Assembly (NCBI GenBank): GCA_025449805.1
Contig: JANWIR010000045.1
Coordinates: 1 to 60,001 of the forward strand
DNA length: 60,001 nt
DNA from: Acidimicrobiales bacterium
Lineage (GTDB): Bacteria; Actinomycetota; Acidimicrobiia; Acidimicrobiales; RAAP-2
Direction of reading: 5' to 3'
In this document: positions 46,144 through 55,347 of the stretch, piece after piece
How positions within the stretch are numbered: the stretch's first letter is position 1
Layout: each line of letters opens with the position of its first letter
The notes under the pieces: model-generated
Told to the model about the DNA's origin: nothing
What the model saw: the letters and a program-made list of their open reading frames with translations, nothing else
The model's database searches: none
Program-made: the position numbers and the translations under genes

Positions 46144-46763
46144 TGGCATCGTCGTACGCTCGCCAGAACGCCGCACGCTTTATTGTCGAGCGCGACGCAG
46201 CCTTCGCCGCGCTCGTCGAAACTATCGGGCCTCCTCCGGCGCGACGCCCCACCCCGGTCGCCGATCGATTCGCGGCTCTAGCTCGGACCATCACCTTTCA
46301 ACTCCTCGCGACGAAGGCGGCCGCGACCATCCACGCCCGCGTCGTCGAGGCCTGCGACTTAGCAGTAACGCCCGAGTCACTCCTGCGCGCCGGTCACGCG
46401 CGACTTCGCGCCACGGGTCTCTCGAACGCCAAGGCGACCGCCATGCTTGCGCTCGCGAGCGCAACGCAGGCGGGTTCCATGAACTTCGCGTTACACGGTC
46501 GTCGGCCCGACACCGAAGTCGCGCGCGAGGTCACCTCGGTACGCGGACTCGGGCCCTGGAGTGCCCATATGTACCTCATGAACGCGCTCGGGCGCCCCGA
46601 CGTCTGGCCCGTTGGCGACTACGGGGTGCGCGCTGGATGGTCGCGGTTGCACCACCTCGACGAGGTCATTGACGAGCGCGCGCTACGCGTCGCCGGTGAC
46701 GACTTCACCGGACATCGCTCGGCGGTGGCCTGGTACTGCTGGCGCGCGCTGGAGACGCGCTAG
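46143..46763 (+). CDS. DNA-3-methyladenine glycosylase (AlkA/HhH-GPD family)
   Basis: ITFQLL, LRATGLSNAK, VRGLGPWSAHMYLM..LGRPDVWPVGDYGVR, RSAVAWY. Confidence 0.9.
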   Translation: MASSYARQNAARFIVERDAAFAALVETIGPPPARRPTPVADRFAALARTITFQLLATKAAATIHARVVEACDLAVTPESLLRAGHARLRATGLSNAKATAMLALASATQAGSMNFALHGRRPDTEVAREVTSVRGLGPWSAHMYLMNALGRPDVWPVGDYGVRAGWSRLHHLDEVIDERALRVAGDDFTGHRSAVAWYCWRALETR

Positions 46764-46791
46764 GGACGCGCTAGGGACGCGCTAGGGACGC
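46754..46791 (+). repeat. Tandem repeat, 11-bp unit GACGCGCTAGG x3.5
   Basis: Exact copies at 46754, 46765 and 46776, partial copy at 46787. Confidence 0.95.
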
Positions 46792-46808
46792 AACGGTAGC
46801 GTGGAAGG

Positions 46809-48200
46809 ATGCTGCTAACTCTCGCTGACTTCGAACGTGACGCCCTCGACGCCCTGACCCGCTACACCGCAATACCGGCGCTGTCGCCAATGTTCGACGC
46901 GCACTGGGCGCACAATGGTCACCTCGAAGGGGCCCTCGCGTTACTCGTCGACTGGTGCCAGCAACGGCGCCTCGCCAATTTTGAGGTGACGGTGCAACGG
47001 TTGGAAAACCGCACCCCCCTGCTGGTGGTGACCGTCGAAGCTACCAACGACCGTCCCGACACCGTGGTTCTCTACGGTCACCTGGACAAGCAGCCACCAC
47101 TCGGTGACTGGAGCGAAGGACTCGCGCCCTTCGCGCCCGTGCGACGCGGCAATCAGCTGTTCGGTCGTGGCGTCGCCGACGACGGCTACGCCACGTTCGC
47201 GGCCCTGCTCGCCCTCGAGGCGCTCGAAGCCGCCAACGTCGCCCACGGCCGCTACGTGGTCCTCATCGAAGCGAGTGAGGAAAGCGGCAGTCCGGACCTC
47301 GAGGCGCATCTCGACGCGCTCGCTGCGCACCTGGGTCAGGTCGAACTCATGATCTGTTTGGACTCTGGCGCGCTTACCTACGACCGACTCTGGGTGACCA
47401 CGTCGCTGCGCGGCGTCTTAAACGTCGAGCTAACCGTCAAAGTCCTGACGCAGGGTCAACACAGTGGCGTCGCCAGTGGCGTCGTGCCTTCGTCGTTTCG
47501 CATTCTGCGCGAACTGCTCGATCGACTCGAGGACTCGACGTCGGGTGACGTGATCGTGCCCGAACTCCAGGCCACCATCCCCGAATCCCACGTGCGCGCC
47601 GCCACCGCCATCTTCGACGAGTTTGGTGACGTCGTAGCCAGAGAACTCCCCACCCTCGAGGGATTGCGGCTCATGGGTCGTGACGGCGCCGACCGACTCC
47701 TTCGACGTACCTGGGCACCCACGCTTTCGGTCGTCGGTATGGGTGGGATTCCTACGCCCGACGTTGCCGGCAACGTGCTGCGCCCGTCGACCACGGCCGT
47801 GCTCTCGTTTCGCTTGCCCCCGAGCGTCGACGCCGAAGTGGCTCGCGAGGCCGTGGAACGACTCTTGACGACCAACGTCCCGGCCAACGCCACCGTCGAG
47901 GTGCGCTCTTCCGCGGCGAGTGGTTGGGTTTCGCCGCCCCTTACCCCGTGGCTGGCCACCGCACTCGAGGAGGCGTCGCGGGTGGCTTTCGGGCGCGAGC
48001 CGGGCTTCACTGGTGAGGGCGGAACGATTCCCTTCCTTGGTTCGCTCGCGCGGCGCTTCCCGAACGCGCCCTTCGTCGCGACGGGTGTCCTCGGGCCCCA
48101 CTCCAACGCGCACGGTATTGATGAGATGCTCGACCTCGACATGGCGGTTGGCGTCACGAACGCAATCATTAGCCTGTTGGCAACACACGCTCGACGTTAA
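46809..48200 (+). CDS. M20/M25/M40 metallo-hydrolase (dipeptidase-like)
   Basis: YGHLDKQP, GRGVADDG, EESGS, CLDSG, SLRG, HSG, GEGGTIP, NAHGIDE. Confidence 0.92.
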   Translation: MLLTLADFERDALDALTRYTAIPALSPMFDAHWAHNGHLEGALALLVDWCQQRRLANFEVTVQRLENRTPLLVVTVEATNDRPDTVVLYGHLDKQPPLGDWSEGLAPFAPVRRGNQLFGRGVADDGYATFAALLALEALEAANVAHGRYVVLIEASEESGSPDLEAHLDALAAHLGQVELMICLDSGALTYDRLWVTTSLRGVLNVELTVKVLTQGQHSGVASGVVPSSFRILRELLDRLEDSTSGDVIVPELQATIPESHVRAATAIFDEFGDVVARELPTLEGLRLMGRDGADRLLRRTWAPTLSVVGMGGIPTPDVAGNVLRPSTTAVLSFRLPPSVDAEVAREAVERLLTTNVPANATVEVRSSAASGWVSPPLTPWLATALEEASRVAFGREPGFTGEGGTIPFLGSLARRFPNAPFVATGVLGPHSNAHGIDEMLDLDMAVGVTNAIISLLATHARR

Positions 48201-48212
48201 GGACCCCTCCCC

Positions 48213-48815
48213 ATGACGCAACACGTAGATCTCTGGGTTGACCCCCTGTGCCCATGGGCCTGGATCACCTCTCGCTGGTTACTCGAAGCCGCCCGAGTAC
48301 GCGATCTCGAGGTGGGCTTTCACGTGATGAGCCTGGCCGTGTTGAACGAAGGTAGGGATCTGCCCGACGAGTACCTGGAGTTAATGAAAAAGGCGTACGG
48401 ACCAGTGCGCGTGCTCATCGCCGCGGAGCAGCGCCACGGCCCGACCATCCTGGAGCCGCTCTACAGCGCCATGGGACGTCAGATCCACGTCGAGTCAAAG
48501 AAGAACTACGACGACGTGATCGTGGCGGCCCTCGACGTGACCGGTCTCGAAGCAGACCTGGCGCAAGCCTCGACGAGCACCACCTTCGACGAGGCCCTCC
48601 GCGCGAGCCACCTGGCCGGGATGAACCCGGTCGGCTTCGAGGTCGGTACGCCCATTATTCACGTGGGTGAGGTCGCGTTCTTCGGCCCCGTGGTCACACC
48701 GGCGCCTAAGGGTGAAGCGGCCGGCGTACTTTACGACGGCGTGATGGCCGTCGCCAGTACCCCGGGCTTCTTTGAACTCAAGCGCACCCGCACGCGCGAA
48801 CCCGACTTCGCGTAA
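48213..48815 (+). CDS. DsbA-like protein of the Rv2466c (mycothiol-dependent reductase) family
   Basis: WVDPLCPWAWITSRW, MSLAVLN, VGTP, AFFGPV, FFELKRTR. Confidence 0.82.
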   Translation: MTQHVDLWVDPLCPWAWITSRWLLEAARVRDLEVGFHVMSLAVLNEGRDLPDEYLELMKKAYGPVRVLIAAEQRHGPTILEPLYSAMGRQIHVESKKNYDDVIVAALDVTGLEADLAQASTSTTFDEALRASHLAGMNPVGFEVGTPIIHVGEVAFFGPVVTPAPKGEAAGVLYDGVMAVASTPGFFELKRTRTREPDFA

Positions 48816-50015
48816 CTAACTGCGCGGCACGTCCTTCCAGGCGACGTCCTTATCGTTGCGCGGTTCGCCGGGCAGTCCGAGCACGCGCTCGCCAATGATG
48901 TTGCGCATCACCTCGCTGGTACCGCCCTCAATTGAGTTGGCGCGCATGCGAATGAAGGCCTTGCGCATGTCGCCTCCGGTCATCGCGGACTCGGTCGGGC
49001 GCACCTGGGGGTAGTTCGACGCGTAGAGCATCCCGTCGGCACCGAGCAGGTCCACGCAGAGCTCGCTGGTTCGCTGATTCTCCTCGGCGAATGCCAATTT
49101 CGCCACTGACCCTTCGGGTCCGGGGGTGCCCGCGCGCCGTAGGTCGCTCGCGCGCCAGTTGGTTAAGCGACCGACTTCGTTACGCACCCACGCTTCCATG
49201 AGTTGCGCGCGCACCGCCATCGCGTGCGCGTCGCGGCGGTCGGCCCAACGATCGCGCCAGATCTTGACAGCCTCGCCAATGAGACCCGAACCTCGAGGTG
49301 GCACCGTGCCACCAATGGAGACACGCTCGTTCATCAGCGTCGTAATCGACACCGACCAGCCCTCCCCGACGCCGCCAAGGCGTCGAGTGTCGGGAACGCG
49401 AACCTCGTTGAAGAAACACTCGTTGAACTCGGCCTCGCCGGTGGCTTGGTACAGCGGACGAACGTCGACCCCCGGGGCGTGCATGTCCACCAGAAACGCC
49501 GTAATGCCCTTGTGCTTCGCGACGTCGGGGTTCGAACGCGCGATCAAAAGCCCGAAGGCCGCTTCGTGCGCCAGCGTGGTCCAGACCTTTTGGCCGGTCA
49601 CAATCCACTCGTCGCCGTCACGCTGCGCGCGCGTCGCGAGGGTGGCGACGTCGGAGCCCGCAACCGGCTCAGAGAAGAGTTGACACCAGATCTCCTCACC
49701 GGTGAACAGTGGGCGCAGAAACCGTTGCTTTTGCTCGTCGGTGCCGTGGATCACAATGGTGGGCGCGACCATGCCGTAGCCAATGACGTTGCGCCCGGCG
49801 GCCGTCGGCGCGCCGAGTCGACTCAGGCGACGCAGCACGTACAACTGATCGGCCGGTGAGCCGTCGAGTCCTCCGGCACCTTCGGGGAAGTGCACCCAGG
49901 CGAGTCCCCGGTCAAACTGTTCGCCCAAAAAAACGGTCGGTGGCGTCGCGCTCGGCGGAAAGCTCGTGACGAGTTCCTCGATTCGTTCATCAAGCTGCGC
50001 TTCGCTGAGTGCCAT
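48816..50015 (-). CDS. Acyl-CoA dehydrogenase (FadE family)
   Basis: WCQLFSEP.AGSD, GQKVWT, KHKGIT, EFNECFF, TLMNER, IEGGTSEVMRNIIGERVLGLP. Confidence 0.93.
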   Translation of the reverse strand: MALSEAQLDERIEELVTSFPPSATPPTVFLGEQFDRGLAWVHFPEGAGGLDGSPADQLYVLRRLSRLGAPTAAGRNVIGYGMVAPTIVIHGTDEQKQRFLRPLFTGEEIWCQLFSEPVAGSDVATLATRAQRDGDEWIVTGQKVWTTLAHEAAFGLLIARSNPDVAKHKGITAFLVDMHAPGVDVRPLYQATGEAEFNECFFNEVRVPDTRRLGGVGEGWSVSITTLMNERVSIGGTVPPRGSGLIGEAVKIWRDRWADRRDAHAMAVRAQLMEAWVRNEVGRLTNWRASDLRRAGTPGPEGSVAKLAFAEENQRTSELCVDLLGADGMLYASNYPQVRPTESAMTGGDMRKAFIRMRANSIEGGTSEVMRNIIGERVLGLPGEPRNDKDVAWKDVPRS

Positions 50016-50096
50016 GGTGCTCCTTTAGGGTCTGCCCGCGTTCGCATCCTAGGCAGGTGGACGATGCCCTCGCGGCCGTTCCACTAGAACGTAACG

Positions 50097-50837
50097 ATGA
50101 CGATTCGACGAATTCTCGCTACCTCGGGTGGTTTCGTACCCGGACCCACGCAACGCAGCGTCCGATTGGGCCAGATGTTGCTCGACGCGCTCGCGCTCAC
50201 TAAGAAGACGCGACCACGTGTCTGCTTGGTCTACACCGCGAGCGGCGACCCCGACGACTACTACGCGCGCAGTTACGAGGCCTTTAACGCCGCGGGCTGT
50301 GACGTGAGTGAACTTCGCCTCTTTCTCCAGCCCTCGGCCGACCCCGAAGAACGCCTTACGACGAGTGATCTCGTGTGGGTTGGCGGCGGGTCCGTCGCGA
50401 ATCTTCTCGCCCTGTGGCGCCTACACGGTGTTGACGACGCGATGAAGAGCGCGTGGGAGCGTGGCGTCATCTTGGGTGGTGTGTCGGCGGGCTCTTTGTG
50501 CTGGCACGTCGGCGGTACGACGGACTCATTTGGCCCCGAACTGCAACCGGTCACCAACGGTCTCGCCCTGCTGCCCTACGCCAACGGCGTGCACTACGAC
50601 TCGGAAGCGCAGCGCCGCCCTCTCTTGCACCAGTTACTTCGCAGCGGCGTACTCCCGGCGCGCGCCTTCGCCACGGATGACCACGTCGGGCTGTGGTACG
50701 AGGGCACCGAGCCCGCCCTCGTCGTTGCGGACTACGCCGTGGCACCCGGCACCGCGGCCGCGTACGACGTACAACTCGTGAACGGCGAGATTGACGAACG
50801 TCGCGTCGAGGTTGGCGCGCGGGTCCACTCAGGGTAA
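50097..50837 (+). CDS. Peptidase E (S51) family protein
   Basis: TASGD, WVGGGSVANL, GVSAGSLCW, TTDSFG, HYD.E..RRP. Confidence 0.88.
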   Translation: MTIRRILATSGGFVPGPTQRSVRLGQMLLDALALTKKTRPRVCLVYTASGDPDDYYARSYEAFNAAGCDVSELRLFLQPSADPEERLTTSDLVWVGGGSVANLLALWRLHGVDDAMKSAWERGVILGGVSAGSLCWHVGGTTDSFGPELQPVTNGLALLPYANGVHYDSEAQRRPLLHQLLRSGVLPARAFATDDHVGLWYEGTEPALVVADYAVAPGTAAAYDVQLVNGEIDERRVEVGARVHSG

Positions 50838-51497
50838 GGCGACGTGCGCGCGCGGCAAGGTCGAGCGCGTCACGTCGGCGGCGCGCGCGAGTTCACGCGC
50901 GCGCGTGTCGAGGCCCTCGGCGCCGCAAAGTCCTAGCCAGTTCGCGAGTAGCACGTAGCCGTCTTCGGTGAGCACCGATTCGGGGTGGAACTGCACACCC
51001 CAGAGCGGCAACGTCGCGTGGCGAAGACCCATAATCAGGCCGTTGGAACGAGCCGTGACGATGAGTTCATCACCCAACGTCGACTCGTCGACGACGAGCG
51101 AGTGATAGCGCCCCACCGTGAGCAACGCTCGCACTCCCTCAAAGATTCCTTCACCGTCGTGTTCCACGACGGACGAGCGGCCGTGCAACAGTTCGGGGGC
51201 GTTCACGACCGACGCGCCAAAGACCTCGCCGAGAGCCTGGTGACCTAGGCAAACACCCAGCAGGGGTTGGGCCACGTCGGCACAGTGACGAATAATCGAT
51301 TCGCACCGACCGGCGTCACGTGGGTGCCCCGGACCAGGCGAGATCAACACGCCGTCAAAACCTTGCGTATCGTGCACATCCACGACGTCGTTACGCGCGA
51401 CGTGCACGTCAGCGCCGAGTTCGCCCAGGTACTGCACGAGGTTGTAGACGAACGAATCGTAATTATCGACGACCAGGACGCGGGGCGCGACGCTCAT
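50829..51497 (-). CDS. trpG: Anthranilate/ADC synthase component II (glutamine amidotransferase)
   Basis: DNYDSFVYNL, SPGPG, GVCLGHQ, RYHSL, QFHPES. Confidence 0.9.
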   Translation of the reverse strand: MSVAPRVLVVDNYDSFVYNLVQYLGELGADVHVARNDVVDVHDTQGFDGVLISPGPGHPRDAGRCESIIRHCADVAQPLLGVCLGHQALGEVFGASVVNAPELLHGRSSVVEHDGEGIFEGVRALLTVGRYHSLVVDESTLGDELIVTARSNGLIMGLRHATLPLWGVQFHPESVLTEDGYVLLANWLGLCGAEGLDTRARELARAADVTRSTLPRAHVALP

Positions 51498-51535
51498 AGG
51501 CGCCAAGCCTAGGTGAGAGTTACTAGCCTTTCGCC

Positions 51536-53041
51536 ATGTCGTCGATTGATGAACCGACCTTTCTTGATCTCGTCGAGCGGGGCTTTAACGTCGTCCCCTT
51601 GTTTGAGACCCTGCAGCTGGACCGCGAGACTCCGGTCTCGCTCTACCAGCGCTTTCGCGCCCGCGCGATCTACCTCCTTGAAAGCGCCTCCCTCGGCGAG
51701 GCCACTGGGCGATACTCATTTCTCGGTCTCGACCGGCGGTGGCGACTCACGACCAGCGCGGGCGCGGTCCAGTGGAGCGATCACGACGAGACGTCGACGC
51801 TCGACGCGCCCTTAGCCGCACTGCGCGAACGCCTGCGGAGTTACCGCGCCTACCACGCGCCCGAGTTGCCCGACTTCTTCGCGGGTGCGGTGGGCTACGT
51901 GACCTACGACTACGTCCGTCGCCTCGAGCATCTTCCCCGCGGCGAAGTCAACGCCTCGTGGTCCGACGTTGATTTCTCCTTTGCCGGCACCGTGCTGGTG
52001 TACGACCATCTGCGCCACGCGACGACCGTCGTCGTGAACGCACTCGTTGACGAGGCGACGAGCCCAAGGGCCGCGTACCAACTCGCGCGCGCACAACTTG
52101 ATGATTTGATTGACGATCTGATGTCCAACCCGCCAACGTTGGACGCAGAGGTCGAACGACTCATCGCTACGGCACCGAGTCGCCGGGTTGGCGTCGACGT
52201 TCGCGCCCGCGCGAAGGAGCTCTCCAGCTTCAGCGCCGAGGAGTACGTCGCCGTGGTGGAACGTGCGAAAACGCACATTGTGGCCGGCGACGTCTTCCAG
52301 GTCGTGCCGAGCCAGCAGTTCCGACGAGCCAGCGCGGTCGACCCCTTGACGCTCTATCGCGTGTTACGAGCTCTCAATCCGTCGCCCTACATGTACCTGC
52401 TCGACGCAGGCGACAATCAGTTGGTCGGCGCTTCACCGGAAATGCTCCTCCGCGTCCACGACGGCGTCGTCTCGACGCGTCCAATTGCGGGGACGCGACC
52501 TCGCGGCGCCACCGACGAGGCCGACCGCGACTTAGAGGCCGAGATGTTGCGCGACGAAAAGGAGATCGCCGAACACGTGATGCTGGTCGATCTGGGTCGC
52601 AACGACGTGGGCCGCGTGGCCCAGCCCGGCACGGTACGCGTCGAACAGCTCGCGCACGTCGAACGATTTTCGCACCTCATGCACCTCGTGTCGCACGTCG
52701 ATGGCCGTCTGCGCGACCAGCTCGACGCCTTTGACGCCTTTGACGCGCTCTTCCCGGCCGGCACCCTCACGGGGGCGCCCAAGGTGCGAGCTATGGAATT
52801 AATTGACGAGTTCGAACCGGTCCTTCGTGGCCCCTACGGCGGCGCCGTGGGTTACTTTTCCTTAAGCGGCGACGCGGACTTCGCGATCACGATCCGCACC
52901 GTCGCACTCCGTGACGGAGTGGCGACCATTCAAGCCGGTGGTGGCGTCGTCGCGGATTCCGATCCACGCTTTGAGTACGAAGAGACGATCTCGAAGGCCT
53001 CCGCGCCGCTCCTCGCCCTCGAAATCGCCGATCCTCGTTAA
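51536..53041 (+). CDS. trpE: Anthranilate synthase component I
   Basis: LLES..GRYS, NPSPYMY, PIAGT (TrpE-type, not PabB PIKGT), EHVMLVDLGRND, GAPKVRAM. Confidence 0.88.
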   Translation: MSSIDEPTFLDLVERGFNVVPLFETLQLDRETPVSLYQRFRARAIYLLESASLGEATGRYSFLGLDRRWRLTTSAGAVQWSDHDETSTLDAPLAALRERLRSYRAYHAPELPDFFAGAVGYVTYDYVRRLEHLPRGEVNASWSDVDFSFAGTVLVYDHLRHATTVVVNALVDEATSPRAAYQLARAQLDDLIDDLMSNPPTLDAEVERLIATAPSRRVGVDVRARAKELSSFSAEEYVAVVERAKTHIVAGDVFQVVPSQQFRRASAVDPLTLYRVLRALNPSPYMYLLDAGDNQLVGASPEMLLRVHDGVVSTRPIAGTRPRGATDEADRDLEAEMLRDEKEIAEHVMLVDLGRNDVGRVAQPGTVRVEQLAHVERFSHLMHLVSHVDGRLRDQLDAFDAFDALFPAGTLTGAPKVRAMELIDEFEPVLRGPYGGAVGYFSLSGDADFAITIRTVALRDGVATIQAGGGVVADSDPRFEYEETISKASAPLLALEIADPR

Positions 53042-53044
53042 CGG

Positions 53045-54223
53045 CTACGCGGAACCAATCGGCACGATTGATCCGTTCTGCAGTTGGGCGAACGACGTCA
53101 CGGTCGCGCGCCGGTTGCCGTTCGCCGCAAAGGACACACTCCCGGTGATCCCGTGGTACACGACGCGTCGTAGCGCCGCCGTCAGCGCGGCGCGCGTCAC
53201 GCGCGACAGCGACCCCATCGCGGCAATGATGGTGTTCGTCGCGTCGTAGGCCTCCGCGGCGTCGTTCGCGCGCGCCGCGCTGACGTGCGCGACGCGGGCG
53301 AAGGCACGATTGAAGGCGACGTTCGTGGACGTCACGCAGCCACAACTCAAGTACACCCCATCGAGATTGTTCGTCATCGCGACCGAACGCACGAGGGCGG
53401 ACGAATCGACCGCGTCGTCTGAGAGTATGACGCCGTGATAGCCCGCGTTGGTGAGCGACGTCAAGAGGAGTCCGAAGTCACAGTAGGAACCTCCGTAAAA
53501 GACGGACGTCGCTTGACTCGCTAGCGCGGCTCTCGCAATCTGGGTGTACTGGGCCGCGTCACCGGGGCCTGTCGCGCACTGGGTCGTTGCGGGCGCTACT
53601 TCATTGGTGACGATGCCCCCATCGCGCGTCACTTGCGCGCTGACGGCGAGTGCTATTGCCGACCCGTACGCCGAGCCGTCACTCACCACGAAGACACGGC
53701 GTGATCCGCGCGCCTTGACCAGGAAGTCACCGTCGGCAATACCTTGGGCTCCGTCATCGGCGACGACCCGAAAAAAATTGCGGTAACCCATCGTGGCGAG
53801 GGATGGCGCACCCGCCGACGGCGTCACCATCGCGAGCTGACTCGCGGCGAAGAGTGGTCCGGCGATCGCGACGTCCTCATTCGTGGTTGGTCCCACCACG
53901 GCGACCAGGTGAGGTCGCGACACGAGGTGTTGATCAATGACGCGGCTGAGCGCCGGATCGCCCTTCGTGTCATACGCCACGAATTGAAGTCGAAAAGGCA
54001 GCGACGAGCGGGCGTTGGCTTGATTCACCGCTAGACGTGCTGCCAACTCGAGCCGCGTGGTGAAGGTGCCTTGGGGTCCCGTGAGCGGACCCACGAACGC
54101 AATCTCGTACAGCGGTCGCTGCGTCGGATTCGAGGCGAATACGGGCGTCGAGGTGAGGATCAGAGCGCACGTCAACATAGTGCTCACGACCGGAACGTTC
54201 CAGTGTCGAGTCCGTACGTGCAT
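53045..54223 (-). CDS. Branched-chain amino acid ABC transporter substrate-binding protein (Liv-type), orphan
   Basis: Signal peptide, GPLTG, LAV..AN, DTKGD, NFFRVVADD..QG, AYDA, GITG..SF..NG. Confidence 0.85.
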   Translation of the reverse strand: MHVRTRHWNVPVVSTMLTCALILTSTPVFASNPTQRPLYEIAFVGPLTGPQGTFTTRLELAARLAVNQANARSSLPFRLQFVAYDTKGDPALSRVIDQHLVSRPHLVAVVGPTTNEDVAIAGPLFAASQLAMVTPSAGAPSLATMGYRNFFRVVADDGAQGIADGDFLVKARGSRRVFVVSDGSAYGSAIALAVSAQVTRDGGIVTNEVAPATTQCATGPGDAAQYTQIARAALASQATSVFYGGSYCDFGLLLTSLTNAGYHGVILSDDAVDSSALVRSVAMTNNLDGVYLSCGCVTSTNVAFNRAFARVAHVSAARANDAAEAYDATNTIIAAMGSLSRVTRAALTAALRRVVYHGITGSVSFAANGNRRATVTSFAQLQNGSIVPIGSA

Positions 54224-54371
54224 GGCAACTTCCCTTTACGTGTGCGGGCTAGGGGCGGTGCCCAACACACCGCTGCGCATCCCCTCGCGTCAACACGCGG
54301 CACCCTTTCACGCGCGCGCTCGGTGACACGACCTCGCGTCCAAGGGGCGACGTGTCCGCACAACTAACTAC

Positions 54372-54416
54372 AGCCTACGGCGCCACCACAGGCCCGTTGG
54401 CGTGACTTTGGTCACA
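54372..54416 (-). promoter_or_regulatory. Promoter with CRP/GlxR-like site
   Basis: cGTGA-CTTTGG-TCACA at 54401-54416; -10 TAGGCT at 54377-54372; site centre about 42 nt upstream of the inferred TSS. Confidence 0.55.
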
Positions 54417-54498
54417 TCCCGCACCGCCACCAATTCGCCATCGAGTGGCGTTACTTGTTGTTCGGCCCACGTCGACGTCGCGCGTGGCACGACATCGC

Positions 54499-55236
54499 CT
54501 AGCGAAGAGGTTCTCTAGCACCGGGCGCGGCGGGGAGAATCGGATCGTCCGTGACGAAGTGCAAACTCGTCTGACCCGACCGATTCACGCCCACTTGCGC
54601 GAAGAAGACTTCCACGGCCGCGCGCGCGTCACCTAACGCGTCGTGTCCCCCTGGTGTGACGCCGTAGTGCGCGCAGAGTTGTGCCAGGCCCCGTCGCGGT
54701 CGTGCGACGCGACTGGGCTCAATCGCAAGGTCGTGCTCCACAACATCAACAATTTTCAGTAATGAAAGGTCGAGGGGCGGACCCTGCAGCGAGAGACCGA
54801 GCAGTGACTGCGCGCTGCGCCGGAGCATTTCCAAATCGAACTGGGCGACGTTGGCACCTACAATTACCGCACCCACTCGCGCAAAATGACTGATCAGTTC
54901 AATGGCGCGCGACACGCCGGCGGCGGGGTCAAGAACCGTCTCCGTCGCTCGCTTCGCGTCAAGGTCGGCCACGCTCAATCCGTGCACTCGGCGCGCACCG
55001 TCACTGATTACTCGATCCGGCATCACGAAGTACTGCTCGCTCCAGACCGCGACGCCGAAACGGTACGCGCAAAGTCCGTAGGAAATCGCTTGATCGTGCG
55101 TCACGCTGAGGCCCGTCGTCTCGGTGTCGAATCCCAAGACGAGTTCGGGCACGTGAGGAAAACGCCTAGCCACGTCACTTACTCTTACCGCAGCGTGTGA
55201 CGCGTCGCCATTTCCTCTCTTTTTGTAGTCCTGCAA
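54499..55236 (-). CDS. DEDDh 3'-5' exonuclease (DnaQ family), stand-alone
   Basis: GFDTETTG, VHGL, GANVAQFD, HDALGDA; start uncertain. Confidence 0.85.
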   Translation of the reverse strand: MQDYKKRGNGDASHAAVRVSDVARRFPHVPELVLGFDTETTGLSVTHDQAISYGLCAYRFGVAVWSEQYFVMPDRVISDGARRVHGLSVADLDAKRATETVLDPAAGVSRAIELISHFARVGAVIVGANVAQFDLEMLRRSAQSLLGLSLQGPPLDLSLLKIVDVVEHDLAIEPSRVARPRRGLAQLCAHYGVTPGGHDALGDARAAVEVFFAQVGVNRSGQTSLHFVTDDPILPAAPGAREPLR

Positions 55237-55347
55237 CGAACCTTAGGGAAACTTTAGGTAGGTGCCCTAGGTTGATTCGACGTGTCGACCAGGAGTACGC
55301 GGCCCCACGGGGTTGCAAAGCACGTACCACACAGGAGCAAGGCGCAA

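Noticed and set aside
46754-46791. Repeat as a mini CRISPR array
   Set aside because: Contiguous 11-bp units, no spacers, no cas genes.
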